Notes: generated by a model from the letters alone, not told the origin. A DNA stretch of 64,000 bases from Anaeramoeba ignava BMAN (GCA_028826165.1 JAPDFW010000059.1:1426001-1490000), one strand, 5' to 3'. Counted from the stretch's first letter, positions 14,101 to 30,180 are shown. A program made the numbers and translations.

Positions 14101-17100
14101 ATGAATTGGAAGCTTTGTTTTGCGGTTTCTGTTCTCGTTTTTCAGGTATTCAAAATATCTTTCTTCAGAAACTTGAGCTTGTGAATTTGTATAGTGTAAA
14201 AAGTAGTGGCCTTCATATTCACTCCAGAGATTTTTACGGAGAACAAATTCATCCTGTTGGCCTTTCTGTTCGGCAACATCATAGATCACTGCGTCGATAT
14301 CAAGCGCCTCATACATAGGCTTTGGGATCTGTTGCACAAGCTCGCTGTGTGTGAGGTCTGCCTCGCAGAGAACATGGATGATCTCGCGACGGAGTATTTG
14401 AGTGGGAGTCATGGTTCCTGATAAACCCCGCTCAACAACAACATACATAAGAAGCTTGAGGAGATGGTACACATAGCTGTTCTGTGTTTTGATAAGTCCC
14501 ACATCTCGCTTCTGCATCTTCGGCGAGAATTTTTCCCGCGCAAATGCCATCAATTGATTTCGTTGATTTTCTTCCATTTGCGAAATGTCTGTTGATGATA
14601 TCACTTGGGATAGTAATTGAAGTATTTGTTCGTCATTTAGCGGTTGATCAGGCTCTTGTTCTGTTGATTCACTCGTTTTTTCGTCCAGAACAAACCAATC
14701 GAAAATCTCGAAACATGATACAATGTTCGTGATAAAATGAATGGGTTCAAGTAAGCACGCTATTGTTTGAAGTAGGAAAATATCCCGATCAATGCAAAAT
14801 GTTGAGAACATCGCACTTCGTTGCAGATTTGCTTGGTGCGTTATTGAGTGCCCATTTCGCACCCATATTCCAATGTAGATCTGCGCAAGAAGAGCTTGCA
14901 ATCTGATGATGTGAGTCTGCAAAATTTTGAGGTTTCTTGGGTTAGTAATGTCAGGTAAATTATAATCCTTATTGTCAATCAATTGAAAATTGTTGTCAAA
15001 AAATTCTTGATCCGAAGTTTCATGTGTGACGAAGATCTGATCAAGCGTGATTTTCCAATGCCGTGTCGCAGTGGCTATGAATGCAGAAAGCACACGATGC
15101 AGGGGGAAATGCATCGAGAACGGTTTATCACTGACGTCGTATCTGAACGCCATCACACGGTGATATTTAAAGGGATTTTCCAGAGCAGCTCGAATGTCAA
15201 TTTCTTCCTCTCTTAGATCGGAATATATTTGGTTGTTTTCATCAGCCCAGTTGAGGATTTCCTGGCAACAAAGAGTAACAATTCCTTGAATCTTAGAAAG
15301 AAGTGTGTCTGTGATGGGACCTACTTTTAGTGCCTCGTCTTTTGGCGTGAGAGGTTGGACGTCATTCTCTCCCGTTGCAAATCCAATTTCAAGACGATCC
15401 ACAAGAGGATACAACAGCAACTCAAGTGTGTATGCTGCGATCCAGAGTCGCGACTCGAAGTATACATGGACCTTTTTTTCTCTCTTTATCGGGTTGATTC
15501 CCTGAACATAACGGAAAAGTTTCAGTAATTTCGCAAATGTTTTCTGGTTCTTCATCATCATATATTGTCCGCCTGTTAACTTTGTGATTGGATACTGCAG
15601 ATCATGCACAATCCGCCACAGTTTTTGATCCCGAATGATTTGGTTGTCGCAATCAATGATGAATTTGTTGGTATCATCGTGGTTATGAGGATGCGGCACA
15701 AGCGTGATTCGAATCACTTTTTTCAGTGTTGAAATCAACGTCTCAAGAAGATGATCTTGTGCACAGAATTTCGGAACAAGAGATGTGACTGTGAATAATT
15801 GAACCGAAAACTCTGTGATGTTTTTGTCCATTTCTTTAACTTCCAAAACTGAGTTGAAACGTGTTACTGATTCTGAGTAAATTCTCAAATAGCAGATTGT
15901 GAAATTTTCCTTGAACTTGATGTCAGTCAATGATTTGTAAAAGAGTTGCTGCAATTCATTGTACATTTTCCCCTGTTCGAATTGCGTGTGATTCAGAAGT
16001 AATTGAAGAGCCGATTGTTTTTGTTTTGGTTCGATTTTTTCGTCTTTGATTTCCATTTGATTTTGATCTTCATCCAAAGCTATTTTGTCATCTTGTGAAG
16101 TAATAACGTTTTGAGTATTCTTTGATTTTCTCTTTTCCTTTTTTAATTTTGTGATTGGATCAATTATAGAAGGCTCATAGCATTGATATCCGTAAATAGT
16201 CATTTCACTCTCAATAAGCAAATTATTCAATTCTTGAGTTGCCACTCTTCTTGCTCCATCTCCAAGCTGCATAAACTCAGTCAACCAACGGATGATTCTT
16301 ATGCATGTCTGATTTGATGTATGTTTTTCAAGATTTGCAAAAAGATTTCTTATTTGTCTTGAAAGTGGATCTGGATTCAATGGTTTTTTATATTGACTTG
16401 CAGTGAAACAATCTTTTGCTCTTTGATCCATGATTCTAATTAGAAATCTTAATACCCCGCGAATACAGAACTTGATTCTAGCACGAAGTTCTCCAGGAAT
16501 AGTTGTTTCTGGATTTTTTGGTCTACCTTTATGATATTTACAAAAGCCTTTTGGATCCCAAGCCTCTTTATTTAATAAAAATATTTAAAATTTAAATATA
16601 AAATATAAAATTAATATAAATATAAATATAAATATAAAATAAATATAAATATAAATATAAATATAAATATAAATATAAATATAAATATAAATATAAATAT
16701 AAATATAAATATAAATATAAATATAAATATAAATATAAAAAAAAATAAATCTAAAATAAAATAAAAATATTAATATTAATATAAAATATAAAATATAAAA
16801 TATAAAAATATAAATATAAATATAAATATAAATATAAATATAAATATAAATATAAAATATAAATATAAAATATAAATATAAAAAATAAAATATAAAATAA
16901 ATATAAATATAAATATAAATATAAATATAAAATATAAATATAAATATAAAATATAAATATAAATATAAATATAAATATAAATATAAATATAAATATAAAT
17001 ATAAATATAAATATAAATATAAATATAAATATAAATATAAATATAAATATAAATATAAATATCAATATAAATATAAATATAAATATAAATATTTAAAATA

Positions 17101-17884
17101 AATATAAATATAAATATAAATATAAATATAAATATAAATATAAATATAAATATAAATCAAAATATAAATATAAATATAAATATAATTATAATTATAAATA
17201 TAATTATAAAATATAAATATAAATCAAGTATAAAAAGAAACTAACCCGAATCACCTATAAATTAAATTATAAAATTAATTATAAAATTAATTATAAAATT
17301 AATAAAAGAAAATTTTTTTTTTGCTTTTTTCTTAATTTTTAATTTTTAATTACCACAATCACACATTCCAATCCCTGAACGAACTGAATAATATTCATGT
17401 CCTTCATGATTTCCATTCAAAAAACAATCTACACAAATAGCAGAAGTCGGATCTAAACCACAAGTTTTACATTTATAAATCAAAATATCTAAAAAAAACA
17501 AATTTTTAATTTTTAATTTTTAATTTTTAATTTTTAAATTTTAATTTTTAATTTTAATTACTTGTATCCCAAGATTTTCCACAAACTCCTGTATTTTTAG
17601 TTGCTATATCTTTCAACTCTGCGAAAAATTGTTCAGGAACTTCTCCTCCACTAATAAGCCAATCAAACCAATCAATTAATTCATTTATATCTTCATAATC
17701 CAAGTTAGTGGTTAAATAATTAACAAATGGTTCAATATCATGAGGTGACTAATTTAATTTAATTTTAATTCAATTTTAATTTAATTTTAATTTTAATTTT
17801 AATTTAATTTAATTTAATTTTTACATCTTTTAATATTGTTGCTGTTTCTTGTTTTGATCCTTTTGCTAATTTTTCAAAATCCAT
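11134..17884 (-). CDS. UBR1: E3 ubiquitin ligase UBR1/UBR2-like (N-recognin)
   Basis: Spliced UBR box YKCKTCGLDPTSAICVDCF..GNHEGH..GMCDCGDSEAW. Also FSVQLFTV, SMHFPLHR, IWVRNG, RREIIHVLC and a RING-H2-like CVLC...CGHIIHYDC...GEFLC. Exons: 17884-17825, 17748-17562, 17488-17354, 17254-17246 (9 nt), 16565-11134. Confidence 0.93.
16600..17225. repeat. (ATATAA)n microsatellite filling UBR intron 4
   Basis: Directly visible. Confidence 0.95.
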
Positions 17885-18455
17885 TTTTATTTTTATTTTT
17901 AACTTTTTTAAAAAAAATGAAAAAAATGAATTTCAAAATTAAAATTAAAATTAAAATTAAAATTAAAATTAAAATTAAAATTAAAATTAAAATTAAAATT
18001 AAAATTAAAAAAAAAAGGAGAAAGAAAAAAAAGGAGAAAGAAATGTCCAGTTTAATCTTAAAAAAAATATTTTTTTTGCTCTTTTTTTTCCTTTTCATTT
18101 TTTTCAATTCTTTTTATTAATAAAAGAGTTTTGATCTGCGTTTATTTTTACTTAATTTGCTTCTTTTTGTAATTCCTTTTTTTTTCTCCTTTTTTACAAT
18201 TTGAATTTATAAATTATTTAATAATATAACATTAATAACTATTCATTTTTCAATTTCATTTTTACTTATCCAAAAAAACAATTAAAAAAAAACAATTAAA
18301 TCATTTTGCCCCCTTTCAATAAACAAATTAAATTAATAACAATTCCAATTTAAATCCAATTCCAATTCCAATTCCAATTCCAATTTAATTCTAATTCCAA
18401 TTTAATTCCAATTTAATTCCAATTCCAATTCCCTTTAAAATAATATTCAATATTC

Positions 18456-19855
<1,400 letters not shown>

Positions 19856-19868
19856 TCAAATTAGGAAA

Positions 19869-22800
19869 ATGAAAATCATTCTTCTTTGTTTTCTTTCTTT
19901 TACTATTCTGATTTCATTTATTCAAAATCTACCTATTTTGAACAATTCTTTTGATTTCCCTATTGGAATGAGAAATCCTGTTTTTTCTTTGATTGATGAA
20001 ACCAATGGATTTGTTTATTTTCTAGATTGTGATTTAGATGATGATTCTCTTAATTCTTCATTCCATAAATCTGATTTGAATACTCTTGATTTTATTGATT
20101 CAATTAATTTTGAAAATATTGATATTTCAATTGGAGTAATTGATACAATAAATCAAATGATTTATTTTGGTGCAGTTACATTAGATGATTTTGATGAAGA
20201 ATTTTCTCAAATTATTCAATTCGATTTATCAAGTTTTTCCATTTCTAATTTACTTAATTTTTCTTCATTGGATTCAAATTTTTTATATTCTGAGATTGAT
20301 TTAATTAATTCAAAAGCTTATTTTATTGATTCTTCTGATGATACTTCAATATTCAAAATTGATCTATCAACTTTTTCCTTTGAATCTAATTCAAGTATTA
20401 ATGGAGATTATACAATTATCTCAACTTTAATTGATATTGAAAATGAAAATCTTTATCTCTTCACAGAATATGATGATGATTCAATTATTGAAATTCATAA
20501 ATTTGATTTACAAAATTTTTCAGAAATTGATATTCTTACTTTAGATCAAATACCAAATAATCCAGGAAGTATTTCAGGAATTATTGATAATTCAACAAAT
20601 TTAATGTATTTTGGAGCTTTTTATTATTCTTCTCAATCTTTATTCATTGTGAAAATCAATTTAACTGATTTCAAATATGTTGATCATATAACAACATTAT
20701 TAGAAGAAGATACACAAGTTATGAAAGGAGGAATTGATGAATTGAATCATTTAGCTTATTTTCTTACTTCTCCAAATTGTATGATTTTCAAAATCAATTT
20801 AACTTCATTTGGATTTATAGATTTATATGAATTTTCCAATTTGGAATGTGTATTATCTTTTGATTCTTCAACTACAAATACTTTTATTGGATTTGATGAT
20901 TCAACAATTATTAATTTTGATTTAATATCCTTCAATCCAATTAAATCAGGTTTTATTTTAGATTTCCAAAATGCATCAGTAATTTTAATTGATGAATTAA
21001 ATCAAATTGGCTATGTTGGATTTGATTTTGGTTTTGGATTAGTTTCTCAAATTAATCTTACTTCATTTGAAATAATTGATAATTTAATAAGTGATAATTT
21101 TTCAGATAAAATTAAATGTGGAGAAATTGATTTATCAAATGGATTTGCATATTTTTTTATAAATTGTGAAATTTCCAATTCAGAAATAATTCCAAAAATT
21201 ATGAAAATTGATTTAGCAAATTCTACAAATTCAGAAATGAAAATTATTGATTCAAATGGAGAAATTCAAACAAGTTGTTTTGATAAAGAAAATCAAATTA
21301 TTTACATTGGATATTCAAATTTTACTGAAGGAAATGGAAAAATTCTTGAAATTAATTCTCCAAATTTAGAAATTATCAATTCTTTTACAATTTCTGATTT
21401 TAAACAATTTCATAATTTATTTGTTGATTCTTCAAAAGGATTTCTTTATTCATTTTTTGAAATTGATAATTTTATTGGATTTCAACTTGATTTAATTAAA
21501 ATTGAAATTTCTTCTTTTAATCAAATTTCTTCATTGGATTTAACAAATTATTATCCAATTCAAACAATGACATTAGATTCAATTCATCAATATATTTATT
21601 TTGATGGAACAATCTCAGGTTATGGAAATGAAATATGGAGAATTGAATTACCTCAAATGGAATTGATTGGTTGCTTTTATGATGACTATTACCATTCCTT
21701 TGCCTATTCCTTTCTTGATTTAACTCATAATTATGTTTATTTCTTAAAAGAAGATACTTATGGGGATTATTGGATTCAAATAGATACAAATTCTTTTGAA
21801 ATTGTTGAAGAGGGAAGTTGGAATTTTCTTTTCAATATTTCTTCCCTTGATTCATCAACAGGATATCTTTATTCAATATTTGGATTTTTTTGATGAAGAA
21901 AACTATGTTTATCATGGAATCCTTTCTTTTGGTCAATTTTCTCTTCCAAATCCTCCAAATCCAACTCCAACTCCAAATCCTTCAACTGAAAAATCTTCAA
22001 ATAAAACAACAATTATTGTTCTTTCAACAATTATTCCAAGTTTAGTAGTGATTTCTTTAATTGTTATTTTGTTAATTTTGAAAAAGAAGAAGAAAAAGAA
22101 AAAACAAAACAAAACTATTGAAAGAGAAGAATCAACAAAAACTCAAAAAATCAAAAAAACAAGAAAATGTTCTCTTTTTTTCAAAAGAATTTTCAAAAAA
22201 ATTTTTAAATGGATTGGTAAACCACGTTTTCTTGATTTTGTTGGAGATGATGTTATTTGGAGATCACTTACAATTATTTTACTTTCTACTTTTTTCATTT
22301 TTACATTTGGAGTTGCAATTAGATATTTACTTGAAGGAATAAAAATGAATGAAGATAAAATTGGAATTAGGTAATTCTTTTCTTTCTTTATTTATTTGGA
22401 GATTATTAATTATTGATTATTTGATTATTTCAAAAACAAAAAAAAATTAGTTTGGATTTCTTCAAATTTCCAAATGAAACTTATTATTCTTATGAACCTT
22501 TTACTGCAGAAGTAAATTATTATTTTTTCTTTCATTTTTTTTAATTTTTTTCATTTTTCCTTTTTTATTTTAGTTAAGAGTTTCCAAAAAATATAAAAGT
22601 GATGGAATACAAAATTGTAAAGTAACTGTAAGTGGATTTCCTTTAGATTATAATCAAATTTATGAAACAAATGATTTGAGTTTGATTCAAATGAAAGAAA
22701 ATATCAAAAATGAAATTATAATATCAGGAGATACAATTCAATATTCTGATGAAGATGGAATTGCGAAATTTTCAAATCTTTCAATTATTTCAGGTTCAAG

Positions 22801-25800
22801 TGAAACAATTAATTTAACATTTTTTGCAGAATGTGAAATTGGAAATGAATTCAAAATGAATGGACCTTGTAAATATTTTGCTTAAATTAATTAAATTTTA
22901 TTTTCAATTTGAAATATTCTTTTTGATAAAAAATTTATTTTGAAAAATTTTCTTAATTTAGCTGAAAATATTCAAATAGAATCAAATCTTCAAACTGCTC
23001 AAGTTTCTTTTCCCCTTATGATGTTGCAATCAGGTACTTAAATTAAATTCAATTTCAATTAAATTAAATTAAATTAAATTTTCTTTCTTTTTTTTTTATT
23101 CTTTTGAAGTTGATGGTTTTTATTTTTTAGAAAATGAAACATTAGATACCCAAAAATACAATTTTGGAGAAGAACTTTCATTATTTTTTGGAATTGATGG
23201 TACAAATTACGAAAGTTTCTTTGATTGGAATAATATTATCTTCTTTCCAATTCCAGGAAATAGAAGTTGGTCTTTTCCTGAATATGAACCTTATTGTAAA
23301 AATAAATTTCCTTTTTTTTCTTTGAATATTTAAATTTGAGGAAAAAGAAAATATTTATTTTCAAATTAAATCAAAAATTCAAATCCAAAATCAAAAATTA
23401 TTTAGTGTTTACAAATTCAATTTCATCTTCTCTTTTTCCAAATGCCTTATTTGAAACTGTTAAAATGAATTATTTATTCAGTGGAGCAACTTCAAAAAGA
23501 ATGAATTTAACAGCTTTTTATGAAGGAAATCAAATGAAAACTTATGGTGATTCACAATTATCTGATTCCTCTCTTTATTTTATTTTGAATTTTGAAACAA
23601 ATGGTTTGCAATTTATTATTTCTTTTTTTTTATTATTTTTGGATTTAAAATTAAAATTTCAAATTTAAAATTAAAATAGTTTCCAAAATTGAAATTATTG
23701 AAAATGGATCTTTTAGTGTTAAAGAAGGAGAAATATTTTCAAAACCTTGGGAAATTAAAATTCAAAATAATGAAAGTATTCCAATTCAGAATAAACCAAT
23801 TTTTGCAAAAATTTCCAAACAATGTGATATTGAAATTTCAGAAAATCAATTTCCTATTCAAAATTCTAAAGTTCTTTTAAATCCTATTGCTTTTACAAAT
23901 GAATTTGGAATGTAAAAAATTTATCAAAAAAAAAGAGAAAATTAATATAAATTGATTGATTTAAATTGAATAATTTTAGAGCAACTTTTTCAGATTTAAA
24001 ATTTTCAGTTTCAGGATTAACAAGAAATAATTGTTCATTTAAAATTAAATTTATTTCAGATGGAATTTCTATTGAAACTGATAATATTCAAGTTAATTCA
24101 TCAGTTAATAGATTTATTTTTCCTTTAACTGATTATTTTTTTTGGATTTATTTGTATTCTAATGGTTCAATGATTGATTTCGAATTTCTGACTTTTATTC
24201 AAGTTCAAGATGAATTTGGGAAAGCAATTCCAAATAAATTAATTACTTTAACTTGTTCAAATTTTACATTTCAACCTTATCAATTTATTACAGATCAAAA
24301 TGGATTTGTTGTTTTATATATAGGTTATAGTTTAATTGTTCCAAAAGATTTTGAATATAATGGTTGGTATTCTTATTCTTATCCAAATTGTAGTGTTATT
24401 TCTGATGATATCAAATCAGATGAATTTACAATATCTTTGGAAATGTACGGAGAACCTGAATTGAATTCAACTTCTATTGGAAAAATCAATATAACAAATT
24501 GGAATGAAAATATAACATCAGGAGAATTGACAAATTTGAATATTTCTATTCATAATCATTTTGGAAATGTTATTTCAAATGAAAGTTATAATTTAACAGG
24601 ATTTATTAATCCAGGAGATTTACCAATGGGATATTTAATTTATCCTGAAGAAGGATATTGGAATATTACAAATGGAGAAGGAATAATTTCAACAAAAATT
24701 TATGGAATTTCAATGAGAAGTGAATTATGTTTAGTAATTGGAAAAGATTATATTCCTGATTTTGAAAATTATGATTGGAAAGAATGTTTTGAAATGAGTT
24801 TATTAAATGATATTGAAAAAGTTGAAATTTCACATTTTCCAAATCCAAATCAAATGTTCATACCTGGTCAACTTTTTGGAAATGAATCAATTAAATTGAA
24901 AGTAATTGGAAATAATATTTCAGAAACTAATTTAACTGTTCATATTCTTGCTTTAAATGTAACTGATTATTATGAAGAATTTTTTGAAGGAAATTCAAGT
25001 GAAAGAGTAAAAAATGAAACAAATAATTTATTTGAATCTATTTATCAATTAAATGGAACAGGTTTGTATTATTTAATAATAAATATTATTTAAATTCTTT
25101 AAATCCAAAAAAAAATTAATTTTATTTATTTAAAATTCAAATTTAAATTTGAATTAGATGAATTAATTTTGGATAATTTTAGAATAAATCAACAATCAAT
25201 TTATGATTCAAATAATGAAAAATTTAATCCTTTCAATTTAATAATTTTCGTAAATGGAATTCCTTCAAATTCAGAAATTCCTGTTAAATTTTGTTTTCCT
25301 CATAAATCTTTGAATTTAAATGTAAATTGGAATACATCTATTCCATTTGTATCAGGATATAAGAGAATTCCATCTCAACCAATTTTACAAATTAATGATT
25401 CAATAACAGGAAATCCAATTCAAGGATATTATGCTTATTTTTCAATTTTGGATATTGATGATGATAAATCAGTTGAAATAATAGATTTTAATACAGGAAT
25501 AATTGGAGATATTTTAAGTACAACACCTTCAGATGTAAATGGATATGTTACTTGGAATATTTCTTTTCTCAAAATTACAGAATCAAAACAAATTCAAGGA
25601 ATATTTTGGATCTCAGATTGTGAATATCAATCACCTTATAACAATATTAACAGTCAAGTTTTTTATTTCAATGTTTCAACTGAAGAAATTGATTGGCAAC
25701 TTTTTGATATTCCTTCTGACATTTTTCAAGAACAAAGTTTGACAAGTTCTCCTCAAGTATTTGTTTTTAATCCAACTACAAATCAACCTATTCCGAATAA

Positions 25801-28774
25801 ATATGTTATTATTGATGCTTGTTCTTTTGAAGAATCTGACGATGTTCACTACAGAACAGAAATCACAAATGAAAATGGATTTGCAATATTTTCAGATTTA
25901 TTTTATTCTTTTCAATATTCTTTACCAAATATGATTTTCCTTTGTGATCAAAAAATCAAAGAAGAAGATATTCTAGAACCTGAGTGGATAACTCATATCT
26001 TAATATTACAAGAGTCGTATTCTCGGATAATTGGAATTCCCTTTGAATTTTCTGATCCTATTACTCTGAATAAAACAACATATTTTGGTTCATTTATTGT
26101 TCAACTTTTTTCTTTTTCAACTCCAGTTTCTGGAGAAACCATAATTGCTCAAGTGATTTCAGAGGATTCAGATGATTTGAAAAAGTTAAAATTAGATCCT
26201 TCAACTTCAATTCAAATAACTGATGAAAATGGAATTGCAGTTTTTAATTTAATCATTGAATCAGGAACTTCAGAAGAATTTTGCATTCAATTTTCATATT
26301 ACGATGATATTTTCGTTTCAAGTTTGTTCCAACCAATATATAATCCGATTGATCAAGTCCAAATACAATCTGAAAATATCCCAAATGAATTGGAAATGGG
26401 AGAAACTTTTTCAGTAAAAATTGAAATAACATTTAAGGAAGAGTATGAAGATGTGAAAAATATTTCTTTTCCAATTCAAATTATTACAAAATGTTCAAAT
26501 GCTTCTTCTTCAAGTGATAATATGATGACAAATGTAAATGGAGAAACAATTTTAAACAATTTAAAATTTGATTCAGTTTCAGGAGATGCAGAATGTTTAG
26601 ATGAAGAAGCAAAAGTAAAAGCAGAAATTGCATTTTCAGTTTTAGGAATTCAATCAGATTTTCAAACAATTTTAATTCCTTCTCCTGATAAAATTGATGT
26701 TAAAAAAGCAATGGATTCACTTAAACAATCAATTCTTTTTTGGGTTGTTAGTTTATGTCTTATTTTCCCATTTGTTCTTAATTCAACAAAAAATCATAAT
26801 ATTATTACATTTATTGCTATTATTGGATTAATTGCAGTTTTACTTGCATTTATTACTAAATTAATTCCAAAAGCAGATAAAATTGAAACAAGACAATTTG
26901 TTGCTTTATCAGCTTTTGAAGCAATTCTTATTAGCATTTCTCTTTTGATTTTATTGATTATTATTTTATCAAGATTTATTCCAAAATTTAGAAAATTAAT
27001 TGAAAAAACATTTTTTACTCATGAAAGAATATCAAATTATTTTATTCTTTTCAAAAAATTACTTCCAATAGGAGCAAAAAAATCATTAAAATTTAAAGAA
27101 ATTGAACAACTCTTTATTAATAAAAAAATTTATTCAGAATCAGAATCAGATAAAGATAAAGAAAAAGATAAAGATAAAGATAAAGATAAAGATAAAGATG
27201 AAATTGAATTAGAATCTTTTTCAGAAAATGAAAAATTGAAAGAAAATATTAAAGAGAAGAAATTTTCACAATTAACAGAAACAGAAATTCAATTTGTGAT
27301 TGAAAAATATTCTCAAAATTTAGAAAATGAAAATAAAAATCAAAAAGAAAATGAAAATGAAAAGAAATCAAAAAATAAATGTTCAATTTTTTGGAATTGG
27401 ATTGTTGGATTATTTAAAAAATTAATCAAAAAAATCAAATCAAAATTTGAAGAAAAACCAAATCCACATAAAGAATATGAAAGTTATTTTGATTTTTATT
27501 ATCCACAAAGAATGATTGCTTCATTTTGGCTTTGGATTGTATTAGTTATTTTATTGATTTTACTTGTAACAAAATTAATAAGAAATGCATGTTTAAGTGT
27601 TCAATTATATAGACAAGAAATTATTTCAAATGTTCAAAAAAGTAATTGTTATGAAGATAAACCAAATATCTATGATTATTATTATTCAATTTCATTTGAT
27701 GGATTCCAATTATTTCAAGAACTTAATTCAAGTTGTTCAACTAATCCAAATCCTTTTCCAAATCCATTTTCAAGATTTATTTATCCTTTTTCAAGAACAA
27801 AAACAAATCAAATTATTAATTCAATTTCAATTATTTCAGGAATTTCAGCATTAATTGCATTTATTATTCTTCTTTTACTTTGGAGATCAATTTTCAATTT
27901 ATATAAGAAAAGAATAATGATTTTAAGACAAGGAAAAAAACCATTTCCAGAGTTTAATACAGCAGATCCAGTTAAAGTAACTTCATATACAAATTTACAA
28001 GCTTGGTTAGGATTAATTTCATTTCTTTTAGCTTGGATTTTTGTTTTCATAATTTTATTTATTATTCCAGCAATTTATTGGTTTGTTTCAAAAGAATTTC
28101 TTTATATGTTATTAAGATATTTGTTATATTCTATCATAATTGTTATTGTTTATCAAATCATTTTTGGAATTCTTATTCAAAAAATAATGAGGAAATATTT
28201 CACTGATAAAAAGAAAATAATTGATAGAACAGCATTTTCAATTTATGATTTTCTTAAATTTTTTATGACAATCTTTTCAGGAGCAACTGCAGCAATTAAA
28301 AAATTATTTGGAATTGGAGGAGGATCAATTTTATCAATATTCAGACTTGATGATAAAACAAAATTTGATGAATCTTATGCAGCAATGATGTTAATTGATC
28401 ATGAAATAAATAATCCAATTCTCAGAATTTTTTCAAATTATTTAATTCAATTTGTTAGTTCAAGAAAGATAATATTTCAAAAAAGAATTTCAAAAGAAAA
28501 CAATGAAAATCTTGAAGATACAGAACAAGAACAAGAACTTAATGTTATTAAATATCATCCAATTACTCATGAACCAATTCAAAAAGAAAAAATTAGAAAA
28601 ATATTTTTACTTCTTCTTACACTTTCATCAAACAAAAATTTAAAAGAATTAAGAAAAAAAGCAATTAAAATTGAAAAAAGAAAACAAAAATTCCAGAAAG
28701 AAAAAGAAGAAAAAATGCAAAGAATGGTTCAAAAAAATTTAAAACAAAAAGAAGAAAGTAAAAAAGAGAAATAA
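19869..28774 (+). CDS. Large multi-pass surface receptor (~2,700 aa): signal peptide, beta-propeller-like repeat ectodomain, 2 TM helices, Ig-like repeats, and a STRA6-like multi-TM C-terminus; contains a +1 frame break at ~21885-21893
   Basis: Nine exons join in consistent phase: 19869-22370, 22451-22511, 22574-22868, 22962-23033, 23131-~23295, 23406-23602, 23680-~23911, 23980-25061, 25158-28774. Recurrent TD.NG.A.F.L motifs. The C-terminal FYYPQRM, YAAMMLIDHEINNPILRIF and LLLTLSSNKNLKELRK resemble STRA6/RBP-receptor motifs. Confidence 0.75.
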
Positions 28775-28919
28775 TTTTTTTTTCTTTTTTTCAAATTCCA
28801 CTTTTTTTTTTTCAAATTTCCAAAAAGAAAACAAAAAGAAAATAAAAAGAAAATAAAAATTATTTTTTAGTTCGATTTAAACATCAAGTTTAATTTAATA
28901 TTTAATTAAGAAATAAATT

Positions 28920-30180
28920 TAGAAATAAATTTAAAATAAATTATTGTTAATTATTATTAAAATTAAATACTTATTTTTATTAAAATATTTATTCTACTTT
29001 TTTTAATATATATTATTTTGAATTAATAAATAAATAAAAATATTAATTTAATAAATAAAAATATTATTTCAAATTAAAATAAAATAAATTTAAAATAAAT
29101 TATTGTTAATTATTATTAAAATTAAATATTTATTTTTATTAAAATATTTATTCTACTTTTTAATATATATTATTTTGAATTAATAAATAATTAAAAATAT
29201 TAATTTAATAAATAATATTATTATTTCAAATTAAAATAAATTAAATTTAAATTTAAATTATTATTAATTATTATTAAAATTAAATATTTATTTTTATTAA
29301 AATATTTATTCCACTTTTTAATATATTTTATTATAATTAAAATTGGAATAATAAATAATCAAAAATATTATTATAATAAATAAAAATATTATATCAAATT
29401 AAAATAAAATAATTTTAAATCTATCTATTTAATAATATTTATTTAAATTTTGAAATAAATTAATGAAAATATTTTATTAATTTTATTAATTTTATTAAAT
29501 TATTGGGAATAATTTTATATTATTTTAAATAAAGAAAAGTTGATAAAATATATAAAATAGAATTAATTTTAAATCTATCTATTTAATAATCTTTATTTAA
29601 ATTTTGAAATAAATTAATGAAAATATTTTATTAATTTTATTAAATTATTGGGAATAATTTTAGATTATTTTAAATAAAGAAAAGTTAATAAAATATATAA
29701 AATATAATTAATTTTAAATCTATCTATTTAATAATATTTATTTAAATTTTGAAATAAATTAATGAAAATATTTTATTAATTTTATTAAATTATTGGGAAT
29801 TATTTTAGATTAATTTAAATAAAAGAAAAGTTAATAAAATATATAAAATATAATTAATTTTTAAATTTAATTATTTAATATTCTTTATTTAAATTTTGAA
29901 ATAAATTAATTAAAATATTTTATTAATTTTATTAAATTATTGGGAATTATTTTAGATTAATTTAAATAAAGAAAAGTTAATAAAATATATAAATTAGAAC
30001 TAATTTTAAATCTATCTATTTAATAATCTTGATTTAAATTTTGAAATAAATTAATGAAAATATTTTATTAATTTTATTTAATTATTGGGAATAATTTTAG
30101 ATTAATTTAAATAAAGAAAAGTTAATAAAATATATAAATTATAATTAATTTTAAATCTATCTATTTAATAATCTTTATTC
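28920..30180. repeat. Two adjacent AT-rich tandem arrays: ~170-bp units (about 3 copies), then ~120-bp units (about 6 copies, containing TTATTGGGAAT and AAAGAAAAGTT)
   Basis: Recurring units such as TCTATCTATTTAATAAT...AAATTATTGGGAAT. Confidence 0.85.

Noticed and set aside
11409-15505. Many short + strand ORFs opposite UBR, and similar antisense ORFs in the RasGAP, WDR26-like and ChAPs genes
   Set aside because: They are shadows of real coding strands and contain no recognisable motifs.
6904-16431. Possible inteins in the long ORFs (HN-T/C dipeptides)
   Set aside because: No intein N-terminal block, TxxH or LAGLIDADG motifs were seen; the HN sites fall in ordinary host sequence.
28920-30180. 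Tandem arrays as a transposable element
   Set aside because: No terminal inverted repeats, target-site duplication or transposase/RT coding sequence is visible.
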